In this document: positions 22,904 to 31,310 of the stretch, piece after piece
Layout of the letters: the number at the start of each line of letters is the position of its first letter
Position numbering within the stretch: position 1 is the first letter of the stretch
Origin: Syntrophales bacterium
Lineage (GTDB): Bacteria; Desulfobacterota; Syntrophia; Syntrophales; UBA2251
Assembly (NCBI GenBank): GCA_023230905.1
Contig: JALNWL010000002.1
Location: 1-45,069, forward strand
Direction of reading: 5' to 3'
Length of the DNA: 45,069 nucleotides
Made by a program: the position numbers and the translations under genes
Notes under the pieces: generated by a model
What the model was told of the DNA's origin: nothing
Databases searched by the model: none
What the model saw: only the letters and a program-made list of their open reading frames with translations

Positions 22904-23899
22904 CTATTCCTCCTTTCCCGATCGGTCTTTGCGTCTGGAGATCGCGGCGAAGACCCCGACGATACCCGCCGCCACGCCCAAGGCCGGGGCCGCGAGGACG
23001 ACCTTGCCCAGGCCGTCCGAGCCCGCCATGCGCCGTGCAACCGGCTGAAGGTGGGGTCGGCCGGGACCGGTCTGAACGGCGGCGTTCAGGTCGGCGAAGG
23101 GCACGGGGGAAATGTAGAGGGTCGAGGTGCCGCCGTTTTCCTCCTTGCCGTAAAGGTGGCCCCCGATCCGTTTCGCCAGCGCCTCCGCCCGGGCGAAAAT
23201 CTCCTCCCGCGGCCCGATGGCCATGGCCTGCCTTGGACAGGCCGCGATGCAGGCCGGTGTCTTCCCCGCTTCGATAAGGTCATTGCAGAGATCGCATTTG
23301 TACATAACCCCGTTTCCCATCAGCGTCGGCAGGACCTTGAGATAGATCCCGATCCCGGATTGTCGCTGCGGGATCTCCCAGGGGCAGACCGTCTTGCACT
23401 TGGCGCCGCCGAAGCAGGTATCCTGGTCGATGACGACCGCTCCGTTTTCGAACTTGTGGTTGGAGGAAAAGGGGCAAAGCGTGGCACAGGCCGGGTTGTC
23501 GCAGTGCATGCACCGCCGCGGGATGAACACCGTCGTCTTCCGTCCGCCCGTATCCACTTCCGCCTTCTGGATGTAAATGAGGTTGTACGGCGTGAGACGG
23601 TCCGACACCGCCTGTCGCTTGGACCAGTCCTCGACCTTGCGCGTCGGAAAGGGAACGGGGATCGGATCCACGGGCGGCGGGACAACGCCGGCCTTGGCCG
23701 TCTTGCAGGCGGAAACGCAGGCCGCGACGTCCCGCCCGTCGCAGCCGTTGCAACGGGTCAGGTCGATAAGCGTCGCGAGCCTTCCCCGGCCGGCCATCGC
23801 CTCGCGGGGCGTTCCCAGCGCGCTCGCCGCGCCGATCAGGGCCGCTCCACCCGTGGCCGTGAGAAAGCCCCGCCGGTTGAGTTTCAAGGATGCCTTCAT
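22904..23899 (-). CDS. Tat-exported 4x[4Fe-4S] protein (FdnH/HybA-like) with a C-terminal membrane anchor
   Basis: Twin-arginine signal (NRRGFLTATGGAALIGAASALG), four Cys clusters (CNGC...C, CMHCDNPAC..CP, CFGGAKC..CP, CDLC...C..CP), and a C-terminal TM helix. Confidence 0.8.
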   Translation of the reverse strand: MKASLKLNRRGFLTATGGAALIGAASALGTPREAMAGRGRLATLIDLTRCNGCDGRDVAACVSACKTAKAGVVPPPVDPIPVPFPTRKVEDWSKRQAVSDRLTPYNLIYIQKAEVDTGGRKTTVFIPRRCMHCDNPACATLCPFSSNHKFENGAVVIDQDTCFGGAKCKTVCPWEIPQRQSGIGIYLKVLPTLMGNGVMYKCDLCNDLIEAGKTPACIAACPRQAMAIGPREEIFARAEALAKRIGGHLYGKEENGGTSTLYISPVPFADLNAAVQTGPGRPHLQPVARRMAGSDGLGKVVLAAPALGVAAGIVGVFAAISRRKDRSGKEE

Positions 23900-24157
23900 G
23901 CTGCCCTCCTTTTCCCGAGTGAAGCGGCGGCGGATCAGAACCGCGCCGCCGACGACGGATGAGGTCCGTTCGGCGTCGAACTCCCATCATCCCCTATTGA
24001 GGAGTTTATACGCATCGGGAGGGGGATTGTCAAACGGGATCGATGGCCGTCGCACCGAGGCACGTACTTTTCACTTGAAAAATGTACCGGAACAGGGATA
24101 GGGGAGGGGACAGCAAACATCGGAATGCCCAAACAGGACATGCAGGGGGGTGACGTC

Positions 24158-24697
24158 ATGAGATCCTACGTCGTTTTTTCATCCATGGGGCCCGACCGCC
24201 CGGGTCTGGCCAAGGAGTTTGCGGAATTCTTCACGGCGCGCGGCATCAACATCGAGCGCGCGCGCGGCTGCGTCCTGGGGGGTGAGTTCGGCATGATCAT
24301 CCTCACGTCGGGGAAAACGGACGACATCGAACGTCTGATCGGCGATCTGGACACGCTCCGAAAGAAAACGGGGCTGGACGTCTACGTGCGGAAGACCAAG
24401 GCGCCCAGTCACCGGGAGGTCCTGCCGTCGATCCCCTACAAGCTCATCGCGACGGCCATCGACCGCCCGGGCATCATCCACCAGATCAGCAAGACGTTCC
24501 AGCAGCGCGGGATCAGCATCGACGACATCGCAACCAACGTGGACAACAATCCGGTGACGGGCGCCAACGTGTTCCAGATGATCTGCTACTTTTCCCTGCC
24601 GCCCGCGGTGAAGATCCTCGAACTGAAAAACGACCTCAACCGCATCAGCGACGAGTACAACATCGACATCCGGTTCGACGCGGTGATCAACAAATAA
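24158..24697 (+). CDS. tandem ACT-domain protein (GcvR-like)
   Basis: Two ACT-like repeats (VVFSSMGPDRPGLA..., LIATAIDRPGIIHQIS...). The stop lies 2 nt before the fhs start. Start chosen at ATG 24158; the track start is 24125. Confidence 0.7.
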   Translation: MRSYVVFSSMGPDRPGLAKEFAEFFTARGINIERARGCVLGGEFGMIILTSGKTDDIERLIGDLDTLRKKTGLDVYVRKTKAPSHREVLPSIPYKLIATAIDRPGIIHQISKTFQQRGISIDDIATNVDNNPVTGANVFQMICYFSLPPAVKILELKNDLNRISDEYNIDIRFDAVINK

Positions 24698-24699
24698 CC

Positions 24700-26370
24700 A
24701 TGGGAACTTCGGAAAAACCATCCGTCCCCGAGCGGCTCCGGCCGATCCGGGACATCGCGTCCACCATCGGTCTTCGGGAAGAGGATCTGGAATATTACGG
24801 CCGCTACAAGGCGAAGGTCCGCCTCGAGGCGATCCGGCGCTTTCCTCGCCGGGACGATTCGAACCTGATCCTCGTCTCGGCCATGACGCCCACACCCGCG
24901 GGCGAAGGCAAGACAACGGTGTCGATCGGCCTCGCGCAGGCTTTGGCCCGGTTGGGGAAGTCCACGATCGCGGCGCTCCGGGAGCCGTCGCTGGGGCCGG
25001 TGTTCGGCATCAAGGGGGGGGCGACCGGCGGCGGCCTGTCCCGCGTCCTGCCCGTGGACGACATCAACCTCCACTTCACCAACGACTTCCCGGCGGTGGA
25101 AAGCGCGCACAACCTCCTGTCGGCCCTCGTGGACAACGCCGTCTTCCACGGCAATCCCTTAAACATAGACCCCCGAAAGATCACCTGGCGCCGCGTGGTC
25201 GACATGAACGACCGGTCGCTCAGGGACATCGTGATCGGCCTCGGGGGATCGACGAACGGCGTTCCCCGCGAGACGGGGTTCGACATCGTCCCGTCGAGCG
25301 AAATCATGGCCATCCTCTGCCTGTCGAGGTCCTATGCGGAATTGAAGGACAAGATCCGCAAGATTCTGGTGGGCTTCACCTATGACGACAAGCCCGTCAT
25401 CGCGGGCGACCTCAAGGTCGAAGGCGCGGTCACGGCCCTACTGAAGTACGCCCTGCTTCCCAACCTGGTGCAGACGACGGAAGGGGTGCCGGCCATCATT
25501 CATGGCGGGCCCTTCGCCAACATCGCCCAGGGGACCAACAGCGTCATGGGCACCGATCTCGCGCTCCGCCTGGCGGATTACGTGGTGACGGAAGCGGGCT
25601 TCGGCTTCGACTTGGGCGCGGAGAAGTTCTTCGACATCGTGGCGCCCTACGGCGAACTCAACCCCCGGATCGTCGTCCTGGTGGCCACGGTGCGCGCCCT
25701 CAAGTACCACGCCGGCGTGGCCCGCGAGGACCTGAACGCACCGAATGCCCGGGCGGCGGTCCTGGGCATGGCGAATTTGAGGAAGCATTACGGAAATATC
25801 GACAAATTCAACGTCCCCTGCATCATCGCCCTGAACCGGTTTCCGTCCGACACGGACGAGGAGGTCCGGGCGGTGGTGGACGCCGCGGAGCGCGAGGGGA
25901 TGAATATCGCGCCGGCGGACATCTTCCGGCTGGGCGGCGAGGGCGGCCTGGATCTCGCGGAAAAGACGGTCCGGCTCATCGCAGGCGCGACCGGGACGTT
26001 CCGCACCCTGTATGACTGGGAGCAGCCGGTGGAGGACAAGATCTTCACGATTGCCAGTGAGATCTACGGCGCGGTGTCCATCGACTACCGGCCGCTGGCC
26101 AAGCGTAACCTGGACCTCATCCGCAGGTTCGGCTTTGACAAACTGCCCGTCTGCATCGCCAAGACCCAGCAGTCCCTGTCGGACAATCCGAGTCTCCTCG
26201 GCATGCCGCGGGACTTCATTGTCACCGTGCGGGAAATCAAGATCGCCTCCGGGGCGGGGTTCCTGATCCCCATCACCGGTGAGATCCTGCGCATGCCGGG
26301 CCTGTCGAAATCGCCGGCCGCGTACCACATCGATATTGACGACGCCGGAACTATTTCGGGGATCGTCTAG
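24700..26370 (+). CDS. fhs: formate--tetrahydrofolate ligase
   Basis: 556 aa with [20 protein letters not shown] and ICVAKTQ-like ([12 protein letters not shown]) motifs. Confidence 0.95.
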   Translation: MGTSEKPSVPERLRPIRDIASTIGLREEDLEYYGRYKAKVRLEAIRRFPRRDDSNLILVSAMTPTPAGEGKTTVSIGLAQALARLGKSTIAALREPSLGPVFGIKGGATGGGLSRVLPVDDINLHFTNDFPAVESAHNLLSALVDNAVFHGNPLNIDPRKITWRRVVDMNDRSLRDIVIGLGGSTNGVPRETGFDIVPSSEIMAILCLSRSYAELKDKIRKILVGFTYDDKPVIAGDLKVEGAVTALLKYALLPNLVQTTEGVPAIIHGGPFANIAQGTNSVMGTDLALRLADYVVTEAGFGFDLGAEKFFDIVAPYGELNPRIVVLVATVRALKYHAGVAREDLNAPNARAAVLGMANLRKHYGNIDKFNVPCIIALNRFPSDTDEEVRAVVDAAEREGMNIAPADIFRLGGEGGLDLAEKTVRLIAGATGTFRTLYDWEQPVEDKIFTIASEIYGAVSIDYRPLAKRNLDLIRRFGFDKLPVCIAKTQQSLSDNPSLLGMPRDFIVTVREIKIASGAGFLIPITGEILRMPGLSKSPAAYHIDIDDAGTISGIV

Positions 26371-26423
26371 GCATTCCCCCAGCCCCGCCGGGCTTATCGT
26401 CGGCGGACCACAGGAGGCGGACG

Positions 26424-26891
26424 ATGGCGAAGCTCAACGTCGGTGACGCGGCCCCGGCCTTTTCCCTTAGGGATGCGGCGGACATCGTGGTGAAACGGTC
26501 GGACTTCAAGGGACGGAAGCTTCTCGTCTATTTCTATCCCAAAGCCGGGACCTCCGGGTGAACGAAGCAGGCCGAGGCCGTGCGGGACGCACGGGCCGAA
26601 CTCGACGCCCTGGGAGCCGGCGCCGTGGGGATCAGTCCCGATTCCGTCGCGGCGCAGAAGACGTTCAGCGACAGGCTGAAGCTGAGTTTTCCCCTCCTGT
26701 CCGACCCGGACCACGCCGTGGCGGAGGACTATGGCGTCTGGCAGGAGAAATCCCTTTACGGCAAGACGTATTTCGGAATCGTCCGCTCGGCCTTTTTGAT
26801 CGATGCCGACGGGAAGATCCTCGCGGTTTGGTACAAGATCAGCCCGGCCGATACGGTCCCGAAGGTCCTGGCGGCCTTGAGGTCGGGATGA
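26424..26891 (+). CDS. bcp: peroxiredoxin Bcp with in-frame UGA (predicted selenocysteine) at the peroxidatic position
   Basis: AGGAGG lies 6 nt before ATG 26424. The translation is collinear with E. coli Bcp: [13 protein letters not shown]-[TGA 26559-26561]-TKQAEAVRD against [23 protein letters not shown]. The frame continues into track ORF 26580..26891. Confidence 0.8.
26576..26597 (+). other. candidate bacterial SECIS hairpin
   Basis: GGCCGTGCG-GGA-CGCACGGGCC: a 9-bp stem with one bulged G and a G-starting apical loop. The loop lies 23 nt after the UGA. Confidence 0.5.
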
Positions 26892-26941
26892 GCGGTTCGA
26901 AGGGCTGATCCCCGAACTGAACGAAAAATGAATGAAAATTG

Positions 26942-26970
26942 TTGACAAGAAAAAGGATTTTATTTAGCGT
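26942..26970 (+). promoter_or_regulatory. sigma-70-type promoter candidate (TTGACA-17 bp-TAGCGT) with an AT-rich upstream tract
   Basis: Perfect -35 in a locally AT-rich patch; weak -10. Confidence 0.3.
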
Positions 26971-27139
26971 GACAGCCATCGGACGTCGGAGGGAGCACTT
27001 CCGGTCGCCGTCCGGTCGGGCGGCGCGTTTCCAAGCCATGGATGGCGGAGCCGCCGGGGGGGGCGAGAGAGGGAGGAGGCACCCGCCTGCACGGTTCCCG
27101 GGTTCAGAGGCTATTGACTGAAAACCAGGTAAAAACGTG

Positions 27140-29617
27140 ATGAAAAAAACGAAGGTCTTTCGGACCGATGTGTTTATCGGTGTCATTCTCACCCTGTTGA
27201 TCCTCGGTGTGTATGCCCTCCGCTGGTCGCCGGTCGAGTTTCTGGAATACAAATTCTACGATCTGGGGATCAACCTCCGGGAGGGGCCGACCGCCTCGCC
27301 GGTCGTCGTCGTTGCCATCGACGACAGCAGCATCAACGCCCTGGGTCGCTGGCCGTGGCCGCGGAGCCATATCGCCCGGATGATTGACCTTCTCCAAGGA
27401 TACGGCGCCAAGGTCATCGGCCTCAATATCCTGTATTCCGAACGGGACACAAACCGGGGATTGCAGGCCATCCGGGATGTCACTGCCTCCATCGAGGCGA
27501 AGCCGGGGCTGCAGAGCAGTGCATCGGTCGCGGAAATCTACGCCACGCTGAAGACGGCCGAGAAAAACCTGGACCATGACGCGGCGCTGAGCACGGCGAT
27601 CGCGGCTTCCCAGCGGGTCGTTCTGCCCTTTTTCTTCGTTCTCGGCGGTCCCGTCCTGATGGACAGCGCCGGCATGGCCGAGGCGCTCGCGCGCAACTCC
27701 GTTTCTTTTGCCAGTCCGCCCGACTTGGTGACGGCCCGGGAACTCATCCCGCCCGTTCCCGAATTTTCAGACCCGGCACTGGCCCTGGGACACATCAACC
27801 TCGCCGCTGACAGCGACGGCGCCGTGCGAAACGATTGCCTCCTGATCGACTACGGCGGCCGGGTCTTCCCTTCTCTGAGCCTCCAGCTGTCCCTCGAGTA
27901 CCTCGGGTATGATCTGAAAGATATGGTGATCGGCGAAGCGCTCACGTTTCGGAGGATCCGCATCCCGATCCACGAACAGGGTCGGATGCTCATCAGCTAC
28001 AGCGGCAGTTATGAGGCCTATCCCTTCGTCGAGGTCCTCAACAACCGCGTGGCGCCCGAATCGTTCCGCAACAAGATCGTCATCATCGCCCCGACGGCGA
28101 CGGGTCTGGGGACGATGCAGGTGACGCCCATCGGTACGACCATGCCCTCCGTGCTCATCACCGCGAACGCCATCAGCAACATCCTGAACAACGACCATAT
28201 CGTCCGTCCCGGTTGGGCGACGCTGCTGGAGATCGGCATTCTGATCCTGTTCGGTTTGTTCCTGGCCTTGGGGATCCCCCATCTGAAGGCGGGAATCAGC
28301 GCCCTCATCTCGTCCGTCCTGCTCGTGGCCTGGCTGGTGACGGCGGCCTATTTCATGCTGGCGGAGGGGATTTGGCTCAAGGTCTTCTATCCGACGCTGC
28401 TTCTGCTCGTGGGATACACGATCGTCGTTTCACGGGGATACCTCTTCACGGAGAAATCGAAGGAGCGGATCGAGGCGGACAGCGTGGAGACGAACAAGAT
28501 GCTCGGACTCTCCTTCCAAGGGCAGGGCATGCTGGACATGGCTTTTGAAAAGTTCCGCAAATGTCCCGTGGAGGATGAGGCCGTCAAGGAACTGCTCTAC
28601 AACCTCGGTCTGGATTTCGAGCGGAAACGGATGTTCAACAAGGCGGTAGCCGTGTACGAACACGTGGTAACGGCCGGGAGCTTCAAGGACATCGAGGAGC
28701 GGATCAAGAAACTCAAGGCCGTGGGCGATACGGTGATCTTCGGCGCGGGCGGTGCCCGGAAGGATACCACGGTCATCGTGGAAAACGCCCAGACCCGTCC
28801 GACCCTGGGCCGTTACGAGATCATGAAGGAACTCGGCCGCGGGGCCATGGGGACCGTGTATCTCGGAAAGGATCCCAAGATCAACCGGGAAGTGGCCATC
28901 AAGACCCTGCGCTACGAGGAGTTCGACGAGGAACAGCTCGCCGACATCAAGTCGCGGTTTTTCCGGGAGGCGGAGGCCGCCGGCAAGCTGGCCCACCCGA
29001 ACATCGTCACCATCTACGACGTGGGCGAGGATTACGAGATCGCCTACATGGCCATGGAGCTGCTGGACGGCGCGGATCTGGCCAAGAACTGCCAGAAGGA
29101 TCAACTCCTGCCCCGGGCTGAAGTCGTCCGCATCATCTCCTCCGTGGCCGGCGCGCTCGATTACGCCCATGCCAGCGGAATCGTGCATCGGGATATCAAA
29201 CCGGCGAACATCATGATCCTGAACAACGGGGAAATCAAGGTGGCGGATTTCGGTATTGCGCGGGTCATGGCGAGTTCCAAGACGCAAACCGGCGTCATCA
29301 TGGGGACGCCAAGCTACATGTCGCCGGAGCAGATCGCGGGCCAGAAGGTGGACGGCGCCTCCGACCTCTTTTCCCTGGGGGTTGTGTTTTTTGAGCTTCT
29401 CACGGGCGAGAAACCGTTTGCCGGCGACAGCATCGCCACCCTCATCTTCAACATCACGACGACGCCGCCGCCGTCGGTGCGAGAGATGGCTCCGGATTTG
29501 CCGGAGCAGTTCGAAACGATCATCGGCAAGCTCCTCGCAAAGGACAAGTCGCAGCGTTATCAGCACGGGAAGGAGTTGGTCGATGATCTTCAGGAACTGA
29601 TGAAGGTCGTCTCATGA
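27140..29617 (+). CDS. CHASE2-sensor transmembrane Ser/Thr protein kinase
   Basis: N-terminal TM helix, a periplasmic CHASE2-like domain (GRWPWPRS), a TM block, a TPR-like linker, then a Hanks kinase domain (GRGAMGTVY, AIK, HRDIKPANI, DFG, SPEQ). Confidence 0.85.
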   Translation: MKKTKVFRTDVFIGVILTLLILGVYALRWSPVEFLEYKFYDLGINLREGPTASPVVVVAIDDSSINALGRWPWPRSHIARMIDLLQGYGAKVIGLNILYSERDTNRGLQAIRDVTASIEAKPGLQSSASVAEIYATLKTAEKNLDHDAALSTAIAASQRVVLPFFFVLGGPVLMDSAGMAEALARNSVSFASPPDLVTARELIPPVPEFSDPALALGHINLAADSDGAVRNDCLLIDYGGRVFPSLSLQLSLEYLGYDLKDMVIGEALTFRRIRIPIHEQGRMLISYSGSYEAYPFVEVLNNRVAPESFRNKIVIIAPTATGLGTMQVTPIGTTMPSVLITANAISNILNNDHIVRPGWATLLEIGILILFGLFLALGIPHLKAGISALISSVLLVAWLVTAAYFMLAEGIWLKVFYPTLLLLVGYTIVVSRGYLFTEKSKERIEADSVETNKMLGLSFQGQGMLDMAFEKFRKCPVEDEAVKELLYNLGLDFERKRMFNKAVAVYEHVVTAGSFKDIEERIKKLKAVGDTVIFGAGGARKDTTVIVENAQTRPTLGRYEIMKELGRGAMGTVYLGKDPKINREVAIKTLRYEEFDEEQLADIKSRFFREAEAAGKLAHPNIVTIYDVGEDYEIAYMAMELLDGADLAKNCQKDQLLPRAEVVRIISSVAGALDYAHASGIVHRDIKPANIMILNNGEIKVADFGIARVMASSKTQTGVIMGTPSYMSPEQIAGQKVDGASDLFSLGVVFFELLTGEKPFAGDSIATLIFNITTTPPPSVREMAPDLPEQFETIIGKLLAKDKSQRYQHGKELVDDLQELMKVVS

Positions 29618-30429
29618 AGGTATTTGAGCTGCGCGCCGCCGGGCAAACGGATGTCGGGCGGGTTCGGGCGAACAACGAGGACGCCTTTTGCCTCCTGCCG
29701 GAACAGGGGCTGCTGGCGGTGGCGGACGGCATGGGCGGGCACGCCTCGGGCGAGGTGGCGAGCAAGATGTCCATGGATCTGATCCGGGGCTATTTCGCCG
29801 ACGCGGGTACGGGGCCGTCCCCCCAGGTCGGGGACTACGACGAGGATCGTTCCGAGTTGACCAACCGGCTCGGTTCGGCGGTTCGTCTGGCCAATATGGC
29901 CGTCTACGAAGCCTCCGAGAGCAATGCCCAGTGGCAGGGCATGGGAACGACCGTCGTGGCCGCGCTGATCCGGAAAAACAAGCTCAGCATTGCCCATGTC
30001 GGAGACAGCCGGCTGTATCTCATCCGGTACGGGAACATTGAGCAGCTGACCGACGATCACTCCGTGGTGGCCGAACAGGTCAAGCGGGACCTGATCACCC
30101 GCGAGGAAGCGGATCGATCGGAAATCAAGAATATCCTGACCCGGGCCCTCGGGACCGAAGCCGATGTCGAGGTGGATCTGGAGGAGATGACCCTCCTGGC
30201 CGACGATGTCCTGGTCCTTTGTTCCGACGGCCTGAGCAACATGGTTTCGGATGACGACATTTTGACGATTGTCCTTTCCACCCGCGATCCGGCACTTGCC
30301 TGCCAGACGTTGGTGAAGATCGCCAATGAGAACGGCGGCAGGGACAATATCACCGTTGTCGTGGCTTATCTGGCCAACACCGGTTGGCTTGCATCATTCA
30401 TCAATTTCTTCAGGGGGCGCAGGAGGTGA
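29614..30429 (+). CDS. PP2C-family Ser/Thr phosphatase (Stp-like)
   Basis: GRVRANNEDAF, VADGMGGH, CSDGL and GRDNITVV motifs. ATGA overlap with the kinase gene. Confidence 0.9.
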   Translation: MKVFELRAAGQTDVGRVRANNEDAFCLLPEQGLLAVADGMGGHASGEVASKMSMDLIRGYFADAGTGPSPQVGDYDEDRSELTNRLGSAVRLANMAVYEASESNAQWQGMGTTVVAALIRKNKLSIAHVGDSRLYLIRYGNIEQLTDDHSVVAEQVKRDLITREEADRSEIKNILTRALGTEADVEVDLEEMTLLADDVLVLCSDGLSNMVSDDDILTIVLSTRDPALACQTLVKIANENGGRDNITVVVAYLANTGWLASFINFFRGRRR

Positions 30430-30432
30430 AGC

Positions 30433-31131
30433 ATGGCGAAGATCCAGGTCAAGTTTAAGGATGCCGTCATCAAGGAGGTGCCATTGACGCAGGACATCCT
30501 GACCATCGGCAGGAAAGAAGGAAATGACCTCGTGATCGACAATCAGGCCGTTTCCGGATCCCATGCCCGGATCGTGAAAGAGGAACAGGATTTCAGCGTC
30601 GAGGATCTCAACAGCCTCAACGGGACCTTCATCAACGGGAAAAAGGTGTCCAAATATATCCTGAACAACGGGGATGTCATCCTGATCGGTAACCACACGC
30701 TGGAGTACTTTTCCGAAAAGCCGGGAGAGGACCAGGTCAAGAAACCGGCGCTCCGGGGCCATTCGATGGACGAAACGATGGTGCTGTCGCCCACCGAGCA
30801 GAAGAAGATCCTGGTGTCGACGGAAAAGCTCGACGTGCTGGGGGGCTTTCTCATCGTGCAGGGGGTGACGGAGAAGAAGGATTATCTCCTGAAGGACCGG
30901 ATCACCACGATCGGCAAGGACGACGGGGCCCTGATCAAGCTCAAGGGGTTTTTCGCCCCGAAGGTGGCCGCCCTCGTGAACCGTCGAAAGGACGGGTATT
31001 TCATCAATCCTTCGGGCGGCAAGGACCTGAAGGTGAACGGCAAGAAGGTCGAGCAGCGCTGTGATCTCAAGGATGGAGACATGGTGGAGGTCGGCGATCT
31101 CAAGATGCAGTTCTATCTTAAGGAGTCGTGA
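30433..31131 (+). CDS. protein with two FHA domains
   Basis: First FHA: ILTIGR...VSGSHARI...NSLNGTFINGKKV. Second, more divergent FHA: TTIGKDD...VNGKKV. The RBS AGGAGG lies inside the PP2C gene end. Confidence 0.85.
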   Translation: MAKIQVKFKDAVIKEVPLTQDILTIGRKEGNDLVIDNQAVSGSHARIVKEEQDFSVEDLNSLNGTFINGKKVSKYILNNGDVILIGNHTLEYFSEKPGEDQVKKPALRGHSMDETMVLSPTEQKKILVSTEKLDVLGGFLIVQGVTEKKDYLLKDRITTIGKDDGALIKLKGFFAPKVAALVNRRKDGYFINPSGGKDLKVNGKKVEQRCDLKDGDMVEVGDLKMQFYLKES

Positions 31132-31310
31132 GGTTCACGCGGGCCCATGCCGTTGAGAGATGAGCCTTGTCAGGGCCAGTGCGGTTTCGACGACGGGTGC
31201 GCGGCATGCCGGGAGGAACAGCGCAAGGCCTCTTTGGAACGACGCCGGCGGACGACCGCGGAGCGTGACCCCGAGCCGCGGGAGCGGCCGGGTTCGCAAT
31301 AGGGACGCCT

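Noticed and set aside
26394-26948. 184-aa minus-strand ORF covering the bcp locus
   Set aside because: It is the longest uninterrupted ORF here only because bcp contains an in-frame TGA. Its translation has no family resemblance, whereas the plus strand reads as a full-length Bcp.
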